DNA of 64,000 bases from the NCBI GenBank assembly GCA_963749495.1, contig CAVVMW010000008.1, forward strand, positions 1-64,000. Reading direction: 5' to 3'. The stretch is from an uncultured bacterium (lineage in GTDB: Bacteria; Verrucomicrobiota; Verrucomicrobiia; Limisphaerales; UBA8199). Shown here one piece after another: positions 32,840-43,355 of this stretch. Both the position numbers and the translations under genes were made by a program. A model generated the notes under the pieces. That model was not told the DNA's origin. It searched no databases and was given only the letters and a program-made list of their open reading frames with translations. Every line of letters starts with the position of its first letter. Within the stretch, counting starts at the first letter, position 1.

Positions 32840-33649
32840 ATGAAAACCATGAGAACACTGCCCGCCGTAACGATAGCCGCTTTGCTCACAGTCGGGCCGT
32901 TGCCGGCCCAGGACTGGGCCAAAGCCCGGCTCGAGAAATCCCCGCGCCATGGCGAATGGGTGAAAGTCAAACACGGCCAACGCGAGGTCAACTGCTTCAT
33001 CACCTATCCCGAAGTCAAGGACAAGGCCGCCGTCGTCGTCGTCATCCACGAAATCTTTGGGCTCACCGACTGGGTCCGGGGCGTCACGGACCAGCTTGCC
33101 GAGGCCGGGTACATTGCCGTCGCGCCGGACCTGCTCTCCGGCGCCGCCCCGGGCGGCGGCGGCACGGCGGAACTCGGGGGCGTCGATGCCGCCCGCCAGG
33201 CCATCTCCTCGCTGCCGCCGGACCAAGTCACCGCCGACCTCAAAGCCGTCGCGGATTACGCCGTCAAGCTGCCCGCCTGCAACGGCAAAGCGGCCGTGGC
33301 CGGGTTCTGCTGGGGTGGCGCCCAGGCCTTCCGCTTCGCCGCCAATGATCCCGGCTTGAAGGCCGCCTTTGTCTTCTACGGCACGCCCCCCGCAACGCCC
33401 GAGGAGTTCGCAAGAATCCGCTGCCCCGTCTATGGCTTTTACGGCGGCAACGATGCCCGGGTCACCCAGACGGTCCCCGGTGCAGCCCAACAAATGAAAG
33501 CGGCGGGCAAAACCTATGAACCGGTCACCTACGAAGGCGCCGGCCACGGCTTCATGCGCGCCGGCGAAGCCCCGGACTCGAACGCCCCCAACAAGCACGC
33601 CCGCGACAAGGCCTGGAAACGCTGGAAAGAATTGCTGCAAAAGATCTGA
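32840..33649 (+). CDS. Exported dienelactone hydrolase family protein
   Basis: Signal peptide; HEIFGL, GFCWGG and AGHGF motifs. Confidence 0.92.
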   Translation: MKTMRTLPAVTIAALLTVGPLPAQDWAKARLEKSPRHGEWVKVKHGQREVNCFITYPEVKDKAAVVVVIHEIFGLTDWVRGVTDQLAEAGYIAVAPDLLSGAAPGGGGTAELGGVDAARQAISSLPPDQVTADLKAVADYAVKLPACNGKAAVAGFCWGGAQAFRFAANDPGLKAAFVFYGTPPATPEEFARIRCPVYGFYGGNDARVTQTVPGAAQQMKAAGKTYEPVTYEGAGHGFMRAGEAPDSNAPNKHARDKAWKRWKELLQKI

Positions 33650-33734
33650 GCGCTGGCCGCGCCTGGAAGGCCCTGGCAGGCGGTGCGATGACCCGGGCTT
33701 GACCGGCGCAGGGTAAGACGGCATGTTACGGTAC

Positions 33735-33998
33735 ATGACGACTACGGTGTCGAGCAAGGGGCAGATCGTTCTGCCCGCCGAGACCCGGCAGCAGGACGGC
33801 GTGAAGGCCGTGCAGAAGTTCGAGGTCCAGCGGATTGATTGCGGCGAATATCGGCCGAAACGAAAACAGCGCCGCAGAAACGAGGGCCTGGTCAAGCTGC
33901 TTTTGGCCTGTCCAGTCAAGGGCTGGTTCAAGCCGCTGGATCGGACGGAAACGACGGACGACATCAAGGGGCCGCCACTCGGACTTTCCATCGCCTGA
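33735..33998 (+). CDS. AbrB/MazE-type antitoxin
   Basis: TTVSSKGQIVLPAE. Confidence 0.7.
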   Translation: MTTTVSSKGQIVLPAETRQQDGVKAVQKFEVQRIDCGEYRPKRKQRRRNEGLVKLLLACPVKGWFKPLDRTETTDDIKGPPLGLSIA

Positions 33999-34134
33999 TT
34001 CGAAAGGACCTCCGCAGCGGCATCACGTATTACCAAGCAGGACACCGTGCCGATTACTCGATGGGCACCTTGTAATAAAACACCAGACTTTTTTTCAGGC
34101 TGCGGGATTCCTGGGCCAAGGCCGTTGACGAACT

Positions 34135-34272
34135 CGTAGCGCAGGTTTCCAAACCTGCCGTATCGCCGATTTCCAAATCGGCAGGGCGTTAACATATAGA
34201 GCGCCCCCGGTTTGCGGAAGGCCTGCGGGTTTGGAAACCCGCGACACAGCAGACTTGGAAGTCTGCGCTACG
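34135..34272. repeat. REP doublet cluster with GTAG foot
   Basis: CGTAGCGCAGGTTTCCAAACCTGC...GCAGACTTGGAAGTCTGCGCTACG; four hairpins. Confidence 0.88.
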
Positions 34273-34454
34273 CTGGCGCCCCGGACGCACAGGCGCACCG
34301 AGCAACTTTGTCAAGGGTCCTGGATCCTGGTTCAAGGGTCGGCGGACCGGAAGTCCTTGGTTTTACCCCATCGTTGCCTTCACTCATTGCGCACCGCCAC
34401 GTGGTAACGGAAGGTCCCGGCATGACGCCGCGTCCGCCCTGTCTATAAGCTCAG

Positions 34455-35942
34455 ATGCGCTTTGAACCTGCGAAAATGAATCGGAACATGAGTATCCTGG
34501 CGCTGGTGCTTCTGGCCACTGGCGCAGCGTTGGGGGAGGCCCCGAGGGAAACTGTCCTGGACCGAAAGGTGCACGTCGAGGAAGGCGTTCTCCAAGTTCC
34601 CGACGTGGCCCCATTGTGCGACACCCTGGGGCTGGAAAAACGCCGGATTCAGGTTGGCGGCTGCCAACTCTACTGCGAGACCGAGGGCGGTGGGGGCCCG
34701 GCGCTGGTGCTGATCAACGGCGGCCCGGGCGGGACCCATCACTGCTTTCATCCCTATTTCGGGCGGGCCTCTGAGTTCGCCAGGGTGATCTATTACGACC
34801 AGCGGGGCTGCGGGCAGTCTGACTACGCCAAGGGCAGCGGTTACACGATCGCGCAGGCGGTGGAGGACCTGGACAAAGTGCGCCAGGCGCTGGGATTGGA
34901 CCGCTGGGTCCTGCTGGGCTGGTCTTACGGCGGCGCGCTGGCGCAGTGCTATGCCGTCAAGCACGCGGAGCGCGTGGCTGGATTGGTGCTGGTGGGCGCA
35001 TCCCCCGATGCCCTGCGCCTGTCGCTTGCGCCAACCCGGCAGTTCGAGGCCCTTTCCGGGGCAGAGCGGGAGAAGATCCGCAAGCTTTCCGGCAACCGAG
35101 CGCTGACTCTGGCTCAACTTACTTTCAACAACCACCTGAACGGGGATTGGAAGCGGCAGAACTTTTTCAAGCCGACAACCGAGCAACTGGCGCGGATGGC
35201 CCTTTACGAGTGGAAGCACGACCCGGAGTTCCGGAACAGTATCTCGCAGGACCTGCGGCACATTGACTTGCGCGGCCTGTTCGACGGCTGCCCCATACCC
35301 GTCCTGCTGATGGAGGGGGCGCAGGATCTCACCTGGGGCACCGACAAGCCTGGGAAACTGCAGGCGTGCTTTCCGGGCTCGAAGCTGATCCTCTTCGAAC
35401 GCTCCGCCCATGGTCCATTCATGGATGAACCCAACCTGTTCTTTTCCGCGTTGCTGGACTTCCTCAAGGGCCTGGCCAAGCAACCCGCCGACGTCGCGCG
35501 GTGGAAGGCCCAGGTGGCGGCACGGGAGGCCACGCGGGAGAAATCGCCGGAGCACCTCTTGCGGACGCTGGGCTGGGGCCGGAAGTCCTCGGCCCGCATC
35601 GCCGGCGCCTATTCGGAGAGCTGGCTCAAAGAGATTTCGGATCCGGTCATGCTTTTGAGGCTTGGGTTCGCCCTGTACGATGCCAGGCGGAATGCGGAGG
35701 CCTTGGCCGTGTTCGAGCGAATGGAAAAATGCGGCGGAGCGGACGGCGTGGCCTTGGTGTGGCAGGGGCATATCCTTGACCTGCTGGAGAAGCGGCAGGA
35801 GGCCCTGTCGGCATACGCGAAGGCCGCTGCTCTGGATCCAGAGGTTCGGCATGACCAATATGGGATTGTACTCACCAGACAGTACGCGCAAGAGCGAATG
35901 AAGACCCCGTTCGTGCGAGTCGAAAACCATTCGGAGGACTAA
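34455..35942 (+). CDS. Exported alpha/beta hydrolase (proline iminopeptidase-like) with C-terminal TPR
   Basis: NGGPG, YDQRGCG, GWSYGG and SAH motifs; TPR-like helices. Confidence 0.85.
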   Translation: MRFEPAKMNRNMSILALVLLATGAALGEAPRETVLDRKVHVEEGVLQVPDVAPLCDTLGLEKRRIQVGGCQLYCETEGGGGPALVLINGGPGGTHHCFHPYFGRASEFARVIYYDQRGCGQSDYAKGSGYTIAQAVEDLDKVRQALGLDRWVLLGWSYGGALAQCYAVKHAERVAGLVLVGASPDALRLSLAPTRQFEALSGAEREKIRKLSGNRALTLAQLTFNNHLNGDWKRQNFFKPTTEQLARMALYEWKHDPEFRNSISQDLRHIDLRGLFDGCPIPVLLMEGAQDLTWGTDKPGKLQACFPGSKLILFERSAHGPFMDEPNLFFSALLDFLKGLAKQPADVARWKAQVAAREATREKSPEHLLRTLGWGRKSSARIAGAYSESWLKEISDPVMLLRLGFALYDARRNAEALAVFERMEKCGGADGVALVWQGHILDLLEKRQEALSAYAKAAALDPEVRHDQYGIVLTRQYAQERMKTPFVRVENHSED

Positions 35943-36323
35943 AAGCGCGGGGGGTGCGATTCCAGCCGGCACGATTCGCGCCCAGGCCAGGCTCTCGGTT
36001 CGGTCTGGCATTGGGCTTGGCCCCTGTCTTGCTTGTCCTATAGTGGGATTCATAGGCCGCGTGACGCCGCCAAACACATTTGAATCCGATTTCGATGGCC
36101 AGAAATGCGGGCTGGCCTCGCCCCACCAGAAAGAGTGGGGCACAAGCCTGATCCAGGCGATGATCCGGTGGATTGACCAGCCCAGCCTGGTGCCCTTTCT
36201 GCCGTGTCTGCCCCCGGCGGAGCGCGCCGCGTTTCTGGATTCTGACATCGGTGACGGCTTCGATGGTTGGGGCGGTGAATTTGAACTCTTGAGGGGAGCG
36301 AGGAAAGGGCATAGAGTGTGGGC

Positions 36324-36548
36324 ATGAAACACGCAGAGCGCATCACTTTCGACCCAGAGCAGTGTGGCGGGCGTCCGTGCGTCCGCCACTATCGGCTGCG
36401 GGTGAAGGACGTGCTGGACATGCTGGCTGCCGGAGTTGGCGAGAAGGAAATCCTCGAGGATTACTCGTTCCTGGAGCCGGAGGACATCCGGGCCTGCCTG
36501 GAGTTCGCGGCGGAGCAAGTGAATTATCCGGTGCTGATGAGCGCCTGA
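36324..36548 (+). CDS. DUF433 antitoxin-like protein
   Basis: CGGRPCVR...LEPEDIRACLEFA. Confidence 0.88.
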   Translation: MKHAERITFDPEQCGGRPCVRHYRLRVKDVLDMLAAGVGEKEILEDYSFLEPEDIRACLEFAAEQVNYPVLMSA

Positions 36549-36622
36549 GCCCGTGCGTTTCGTTGAACGCTTCGTCCTTGCTTCTTCGGACGCGATGGAT
36601 CAAACCTCGCTCGGCCTTGATT

Positions 36623-38728
36623 ATGAAACACGCCCTTTTGGCCGCGCTGTTATTGGCCTCGGCTGCTGTTGCCGCTGTGCCTTCCCCCCGGCCCCCGAAT
36701 GGCCAGGTCGCGCAGGCCCTTGAAATCAAACCCACGAGCAAAGAGTTGCAGGCTGAAAAGGCCTGGCTCAGGGAACATGTCCTGGAGTGCAGGCTCAAAC
36801 CACCGCCAGCCGAACCGGCTGTGGCGGCGCCCCAGCCCGCGGAGCCGGGGCTGGATGTTCTTGCGAATAAGGAGCCGATTCATCGGACCAGCGCACTGCC
36901 CTTCTCTTTCCTCTATGGCGGGCAATCCTCCGATGATCTCCTGGCGGCGTGGCCAAAGAAAACTGCCGGAAAGAAACTGGATTCCTCGCGCACCCGGCAC
37001 ACATTCACTTGGACCGATAGCCGCACCGGCTTGGAGGTCCGCTGCGTTGCCGTGGAATACGGCGACTTTCCCGCGGCCGAATGGACAGTCTTCTTCAGGA
37101 ACACGGGCCATGCGGACACACCGATTCTGGAGAACCTCCAGGCGCTGGACGCGAAGTTCGAGGGTGGCGCGCAGGGCGAGTTCATTCTCCGCGGCAACAA
37201 AGGCGACTGGTGCGCGCCCCAGAGCTACGAGCCCTACCAACTCACGCTCGGCCCCAAGTCCGACAACCGCTTTGCGCCCGACGGCGGCCGTCCGACCAAT
37301 GGCCCCAAGGGCTGGCCGTACTTCAACCTCCAGATGCCGGGCGGCGGGCTGATTTTCGCCATCGGCTGGCCGGGGCAATGGGCGTGCTCATTCATCCGGG
37401 ACGAGGAGCGCGGCCTGCGCGTCGTCGCGGGCCAGCAGATGACGCATCTGTTCCTGAAGCCCGGCGAGGAAATCCGCACGCCGCTCATCGCCGCGCTCTT
37501 CTGGAAAGGCACCGACACGGCGCGGGCGCAGAACCTTTGGCGGCGCTGGCTCCTGGCCCACAACGTTCCCCGCCTCAATGGCCGGCCGCCCCAGCCGATG
37601 ATGCAGATGCAGTGCTATCGCACGTTCGAGAAGGGCGGGGAAAAAGACCTCTTCGACACCGTGGAGGAATTCAACCGGTCGGGCATCGCGGTGGAGTTGT
37701 GCTGGCGTGACGCGGGTTGGTATCCGTGCAAGGGCAGTTGGCCGAACACGGGCACTTGGGAACTCGATCCGGAACGCTACCCCAAAGGTTTCCGCCCGTT
37801 CAGCGATTGGCTGCACCAGCAGGGAAAGAAGTTCATCGTCTGGTTTGAGCCGGAGCGGGTGGGGGATCGCGAGAGCTGGCTGGCAAAGAACCACCCCGAC
37901 TGGCTCCTCGGCGGAACGCTCCTGAACCTCGGCCATTCTGACGCCCGGAAATGGCTCGTCGAACACATCGACCGGATGCTGGTCGAGCAGGGCATCGATT
38001 ACTACCGCCAGGATTTCAACATGGACCCGTTGCCGAACTGGCGGGGCAACGACGCGCCGAATCGCCGCGGGATGACGGAGATTAAGCACGTCATGGGCTA
38101 TCTCGCGTTCTGGGACGAACTGCGCCGCCGGCATCCGGGGTTGCTGATCAATTCCTGCGCCTCGGGCGGACGCCGCAACGATCTGGAGACGTTGCGCCGG
38201 GCCGTCCCGCTCCTGCGCAGCGACTTCCAGTTCGGGCACGAAGCCACCATGCCCAACCAAGGCCACACCTACGGCATCTCAAGCTGGATCCCCTACTACG
38301 GCTCCGGGTGTTACTTTACCGACACCTACAGCGCCCGCAGCTACATCATGCCGTGCTCCGGCTACGCCGGGACCAATGCCGCCACCAAGCGCGCCTGCGA
38401 GGAGTGCCGCAGAGTCGCCCCCTTCATGCTCGGCGACTACTACCCGCTGACGCCCTACAGCATCCAACCCGGCGATTGGATCGCCTGGCAATTCAACCGG
38501 CCGGACCTGGCCGGCGGCGTAGTTCAAGCCTTCCGCCGCGACAAGAACGAATCGCCGGCGCGTGTGCTGCGCCTCAGCGGGCTTGCTCCCTCCGCCAGGT
38601 ATGAAATCACCGATCTCGATGGGGCAGCGCCCAAGCGGATGAGCGGCAAAGAACTCATGGAGCAAGGGCTGACGGTGGAAATCAAGACCCAGCCCGGTTC
38701 GGCGGTGATCTTCTACAAGAGAGACTGA
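36623..38728 (+). CDS. Exported GH36 alpha-galactosidase-like protein
   Basis: DAGWY, WFEPE, YYRQDFN and CASGGRRND motifs. Confidence 0.88.
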   Translation: MKHALLAALLLASAAVAAVPSPRPPNGQVAQALEIKPTSKELQAEKAWLREHVLECRLKPPPAEPAVAAPQPAEPGLDVLANKEPIHRTSALPFSFLYGGQSSDDLLAAWPKKTAGKKLDSSRTRHTFTWTDSRTGLEVRCVAVEYGDFPAAEWTVFFRNTGHADTPILENLQALDAKFEGGAQGEFILRGNKGDWCAPQSYEPYQLTLGPKSDNRFAPDGGRPTNGPKGWPYFNLQMPGGGLIFAIGWPGQWACSFIRDEERGLRVVAGQQMTHLFLKPGEEIRTPLIAALFWKGTDTARAQNLWRRWLLAHNVPRLNGRPPQPMMQMQCYRTFEKGGEKDLFDTVEEFNRSGIAVELCWRDAGWYPCKGSWPNTGTWELDPERYPKGFRPFSDWLHQQGKKFIVWFEPERVGDRESWLAKNHPDWLLGGTLLNLGHSDARKWLVEHIDRMLVEQGIDYYRQDFNMDPLPNWRGNDAPNRRGMTEIKHVMGYLAFWDELRRRHPGLLINSCASGGRRNDLETLRRAVPLLRSDFQFGHEATMPNQGHTYGISSWIPYYGSGCYFTDTYSARSYIMPCSGYAGTNAATKRACEECRRVAPFMLGDYYPLTPYSIQPGDWIAWQFNRPDLAGGVVQAFRRDKNESPARVLRLSGLAPSARYEITDLDGAAPKRMSGKELMEQGLTVEIKTQPGSAVIFYKRD

Positions 38729-38802
38729 TCGGCAGGGTGGCTTTGAATTGTCGCCGCCAGGACGACAAACAGCCGATCGCAGTGACGGCACCGGTTCCTT
38801 AC

Positions 38803-39334
38803 CCGCTGCGAAAGAACTGACTGCTCGGGGTTCAGGCTTTCTCTCTGCAGTCTTCTCTGGACATACTCCCGCAAGGCATCCTCATCTTTCACAACCTGCC
38901 GCACCTTAATCACAGGGTGCCCGTGTTGGTATCAATAATAGAAGAACACATCATCTTCTCCCGGCCTCCGTTGGGTCGTCTCCTCGAGCACTTCGTCAAC
39001 CACCTCCACCCGGTTGTTGGCGTGAGTAAACGAAAGTCAATAGCGCAGTTCTGGCGAAGTGCCCGTGAACCCAAGCCGTGCATCCAGCTCTGCCGGGCCT
39101 CGGTGGGACCGCGCCCTTCCACAGCCATTCCGCTGCCGTCCCCCCGAGTCGGATCGGGTCGGAAAAGTCCGTTGGCGTGGCGTGCAACAACTCGATGGCT
39201 TCGATGAAATTCGATTTCCCGGAGCCATTTGGCCCAATCAGCACATTCAGAGGCGTGAGGTGAATCTCCTGGCTGTCTGGCGCGAAAGACAAGAAATTCG
39301 TCAACTTCAGTGTTCTCAAAAATTGTCTGCTCAT
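38803..39334 (-). pseudogene. Truncated AAA_21/RecF-like ATPase
   Basis: LTNFLSF and GPNGSGKSN; frameshift, internal TGA (39037-39039) and 3' truncation. Confidence 0.8.
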
Positions 39335-39703
39335 TCTGCAGTTCCTCTGTCGCGTGTTGCCACGACCCTGTCATGAATTGCCGGCACCCAATCGCTGTCC
39401 TCCCGCAGCCGCCACACGTCGCGCCCCACGTCCGACCGACGGGAATTTGCTTTTTGTCCCGCTGCCGGTTATTGACCCCGCGCCGGTGAGCGAGAATTGG
39501 TTTTCGGCCGCACTCACCATGGCCGGACGATGCCGGAGGACGACCAGGGGTGTCAAGCTCCAGGTTTTGCCGGTTTTCCCGGTTTTTTGAACGGTTTTCG
39601 CCCTCCCAAGTCAAGCATGGAGAACGGAATAAAATAGACGCGCCGGGCTGTCTCCGGTTAACTGGCGCCGACGGCAGCAACAACAAAGCTGAAGAGATTC
39701 AAT

Positions 39704-42397
39704 ATGCGGAGAAATCTGATCGTGCATCGCGCGGCTATGGCGGGCGTCGCGCGGGGAGTGCTTAAGGTTTTGGCTCTGTTCGCCCTCTGCTGTGGGATGT
39801 CTGCGGGGGCGATGGGGGCAGCGGAGGCCCCCGCGCGCGACGCGGCTTCGCCCGCAACGTTCGAAGGCGAGAAGACGATTTGGCATGGGTACGACCGCTA
39901 CGACTTCCTGATGGACGAGGACACCCTCGCGATCAAGGCGGCTGAAGCGAAAGGGGATGTCCAGGGCCAGCGGCGGTGTATCGTGGTGTGCCCGAAAGCG
40001 GCGGCGCCGGGCAACCCATGGTCGTGGCGGGGCTGTTACTGGGACCACGAGCCGCAGGCGGAAATTGAACTGCTCCGGCGGGGTTTCCACATCGCTTACA
40101 TCACGGCCAACGCCTCACTGAAGCCGGACAAAAAGTGGGACGCCTGGTATGAGTTCCTTACGGACAAGCATGGCCTGTCCGGCAAGCCGGCCTTCATTGG
40201 AATGAGCCGGGGCGGGGAATATGCCTACACGTGGGCCACGGCCCATCCCGACCGGGTTTCCTGCATTTACGCGGACAACCCGGGCGGCAACCGGGAGATG
40301 CTGATGAGGCTTGCAGACCTGGCCAGGAATGACGTGCCCCTCCTTCAGGTCTGCGGCAGCATCGATCCCATCCTCGGAAAGTTCGGGTTGACCATCGAGA
40401 CTCTTTACCAGCAGTTTGGCGGGCGAGTCACCATGATGATCAAGGAAGGGGCCGGCCATCACCCGCACAGCCTGCGCAATCCCAAGCCCATTGCGGATTT
40501 CATCGAGCAAAGCCTCGAGCCGTCCGCCGCCACTGCGCCGGATTTCGTGGGCGCCAGGTTCACGAGGACGTGCTACTACGGTCTGGAGAATTCGTATCGC
40601 GATTACCCGGAGGAAGGAACGCGCGTCACCTGCCGCGGCCCCGGCTTTACCGAGTGCTATGACCGCTACGCCTTTGACCTCGGAGGTGTCGAGGGAACCA
40701 TCGATGTCATTGTGCCCCGGTCAGCCGCCCCCGGGAAGCCGTGGGTGTTCCGGGCGGGGTTTGTCGCTCGGGACGCGGCCGTGGACCTGGCCCTGCTGGC
40801 ACGAGGTTTTCACATCGTCACCGGCCCGGTGCCGTACAACGCCGACGGCCCGCTGCGCGCGCATTGGGATGCCGTCTATAAACACTTCGCCGGCCACGGG
40901 CTTTCCACCAAACCAGTGATGGAAGGCGCCGGCGGAGCGGCCGGCGAGGTCTATGCCTGGGCCATCGAGAACCCGGACAAGGTCTGCTGCGTCTATGCGG
41001 AGAATCCGGTCCTGCGCAGCAAGATGTCCAAGACGCCGCCGCTTGACCAGTTGTCCCCGCTGGCCAGGGCGGGCGTGCCGCTGCTTCACGTCTGCGGCAG
41101 CCTCGATCCCTGGCTCGACACCCAAACGCGCGTGGCGGAGAAGCGCTACAAGGAACTCGGCGCACAGCTCACGATCATCGTCAAGGAGGGCGAGGGACAT
41201 TATCCACTGGCGCCAAAGGACCTGGCGCCGGTGCTGGAGTTCATCACCCAGAGCGCGTGCGGCAGCGCCCAATCGTCCGCCCCCAGGCTTCCGGCTGTCA
41301 GCGCGGCCATGCAGGCGGCCGTCGCGGCCGGCGAGGTTTCCGGCGCCGTTACGGTGGTCGTCACCAAGGACGAGATCCTCCATTGCGAGGCGACAGGCCT
41401 GGCCAACATTGCCAGCAAGGAACCGATGCAACCGGACTCTCTTTTCTGGATAGCCTCGATGACCAAACCCATCACCGGCGTCGCTCTCCTGATGTGCCAG
41501 GATGACGGCAAACTCAACGTCGCGGAGCCGGTCGCGAAATACATCCCCGAGTTTGGCGCCCTCAAAACGCCCTCCGGCCGGCCCGCCAACCTGACCATTG
41601 TCCAGCTCATGACCCACACCTCCGGCCTGGGCGAGGCCGACAGAGAGTCCGCAGCCAAGGCCCGGACGCTGTCCGAGCTCATCCCGCTGTTTCTGGCCGC
41701 CCCCGTGCAATATGAGCCGGGCGCCCAATGGAGATACACTCAATCGGGCATCAACGCTGCCGCCCGCATCGTCGAGATTGTCAGCGGCTTGCCTTTCGAT
41801 GTTTTTGTCCAGCGGCGCATTCTTGATCCCCTCGGCATGAAGGACACGACCTTCTACCCCGCGCGCAAGCCGTCCGCGCATCTGGTCGTCGGCTGCAGGA
41901 AGAACCGGGCCACGGGCGCGCTGGAGGCCACGCCGCTGCCTGCGGGCTTCGGCGATGAGGGCCGCCCGCCGCTGGGCAACGGCGGCCTCTTTTCCACCGG
42001 CCCCGATTACGCGCGCTTCTGCCAGATGCTGCTGGCGGGAGGCGTGTTCGGTGGCAAACGCTATCTTAGCCCGGCGGCGATGACGTTGCTCACGAGCGTC
42101 CAGACCGGCGCGCTGCCAACCGGCTTCTTCCAGGGTCCGGTGTTCGGCGGCCGCGGCGCCAACTACGGTTCGGGGATCGGCACCTGCATTTTGCGCGCGC
42201 CGCACCCGGGCGTCGCCAGCATGCTCTCACCCGGCACCTTCGGCCACGGAGGCGCCTGGGGCACTCAGGCCTGGATCGATCCCGCGCGCGGTGTCGCCTA
42301 TGTCCTCATGGTGCAACGTGCCGATCTCGGCAACAGCGACGCGAGCGAGCTCCGCCGCGCCTTTCAACAAGCCGCTGCCGATGCGCTCGCCAAGTGA
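39704..42397 (+). CDS. Exported fusion: two alpha/beta hydrolase-like units + beta-lactamase-like serine hydrolase
   Basis: GMSRGG; internal duplication; SMTK, LMTHTSG and GHGG motifs. Confidence 0.85.
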   Translation: MRRNLIVHRAAMAGVARGVLKVLALFALCCGMSAGAMGAAEAPARDAASPATFEGEKTIWHGYDRYDFLMDEDTLAIKAAEAKGDVQGQRRCIVVCPKAAAPGNPWSWRGCYWDHEPQAEIELLRRGFHIAYITANASLKPDKKWDAWYEFLTDKHGLSGKPAFIGMSRGGEYAYTWATAHPDRVSCIYADNPGGNREMLMRLADLARNDVPLLQVCGSIDPILGKFGLTIETLYQQFGGRVTMMIKEGAGHHPHSLRNPKPIADFIEQSLEPSAATAPDFVGARFTRTCYYGLENSYRDYPEEGTRVTCRGPGFTECYDRYAFDLGGVEGTIDVIVPRSAAPGKPWVFRAGFVARDAAVDLALLARGFHIVTGPVPYNADGPLRAHWDAVYKHFAGHGLSTKPVMEGAGGAAGEVYAWAIENPDKVCCVYAENPVLRSKMSKTPPLDQLSPLARAGVPLLHVCGSLDPWLDTQTRVAEKRYKELGAQLTIIVKEGEGHYPLAPKDLAPVLEFITQSACGSAQSSAPRLPAVSAAMQAAVAAGEVSGAVTVVVTKDEILHCEATGLANIASKEPMQPDSLFWIASMTKPITGVALLMCQDDGKLNVAEPVAKYIPEFGALKTPSGRPANLTIVQLMTHTSGLGEADRESAAKARTLSELIPLFLAAPVQYEPGAQWRYTQSGINAAARIVEIVSGLPFDVFVQRRILDPLGMKDTTFYPARKPSAHLVVGCRKNRATGALEATPLPAGFGDEGRPPLGNGGLFSTGPDYARFCQMLLAGGVFGGKRYLSPAAMTLLTSVQTGALPTGFFQGPVFGGRGANYGSGIGTCILRAPHPGVASMLSPGTFGHGGAWGTQAWIDPARGVAYVLMVQRADLGNSDASELRRAFQQAAADALAK

Positions 42398-42412
42398 AGG
42401 GCCATCCACGCG

Positions 42413-42847
42413 TCAGAATACAAACGGGACCATCCGCGGCGTCGTAGCCGCGTATTGCCGATATTCGGGATACCGCGCCACCAGCAGCTTTTCTTCGGAG
42501 AACATCCTGGAGAGAGCGGAGGCCACAACCAAAGCGCCCAGCAAGGCGGATGACCAGGACCAATTGGCGAGGACTCCGGGCACGGCGAACAGGCAGACTG
42601 CCGTGTAAATAGGGTGGCGGATAAACCGATACGGTCCGGTGGTGACAAGCCCTCCCGCCGTGGGATTTGCGAGAGCATGAAAGCTGCGGCGGCCAAAAGT
42701 GATGCGCGCCCAAATCATCAAGACCACCGCCGCGACCTGGGGCACCACGACAAACGGAGAAGGCGACAGGAGGCTGCGCGTGAGCAGCAGACCAACCATG
42801 CCACCCGCCATCGCCAGGTAGCCAAGCGCTGAAAGGGCTTTGAGCAT
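42413..42847 (-). CDS. ICMT/PEMT-like membrane methyltransferase
   Basis: LVTTGPYRFIRHPIY; EE...YPEY. Confidence 0.85.
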   Translation of the reverse strand: MLKALSALGYLAMAGGMVGLLLTRSLLSPSPFVVVPQVAAVVLMIWARITFGRRSFHALANPTAGGLVTTGPYRFIRHPIYTAVCLFAVPGVLANWSWSSALLGALVVASALSRMFSEEKLLVARYPEYRQYAATTPRMVPFVF

Positions 42848-42944
42848 GGTCCCGGATGATAATCGGAATGCCGGGATCGGAAAGCCTGAAAGCCAGTACC
42901 CGTGGACCTCGGTCCACGGTCCGCGGTACGGGAATGACCTCGCG

Positions 42945-43262
42945 TCGCGTCGCGACGCCTGAAGGCCCCGCGCAGTGCGGGCCAATGTGGGACGCCAAAG
43001 GCGCATACCAGCCCAGAGCAACGCCCGCCGGAGCGCAGCGCAGGCGGGCCGCCGCCCTGGGTCCACCGCGCATTCTGTTCTGTTGCAGGCCAGCGGCCTG
43101 CCTCATAAAGCTCCCGGAGGATGAATCGCGCTTTCAGCGCTCTAGACGATTATTGGCGGCTGTTCCCAGGGCGTTGCCCTGGGCTGGTATGAACGACGCC
43201 GTTGGCGTCCAGAGCACGCACCGCCGGTTCCATCGTGTACCCGAAGCATTCTGTCATGCGCT
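42945..43262. repeat. REP cluster including family B copy 2 (43107-43262)
   Basis: Match to 6579-6735; a related inverted segment near 42990-43060. Confidence 0.8.
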
Positions 43263-43355
43263 CAACCGTGAGCCCCAGCGCTTCTTACGGCTTGAGGTGG
43301 CGGGCGCTTTGGTCAATGATGGCTTGACTATGAAAGGCCCCGAAGGATTCGGCCA

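Noticed and set aside
36140..36245. Possible methyltransferase C-terminal remnant (WIDQPSLVPFL)
   Set aside because: Too short to call without a search
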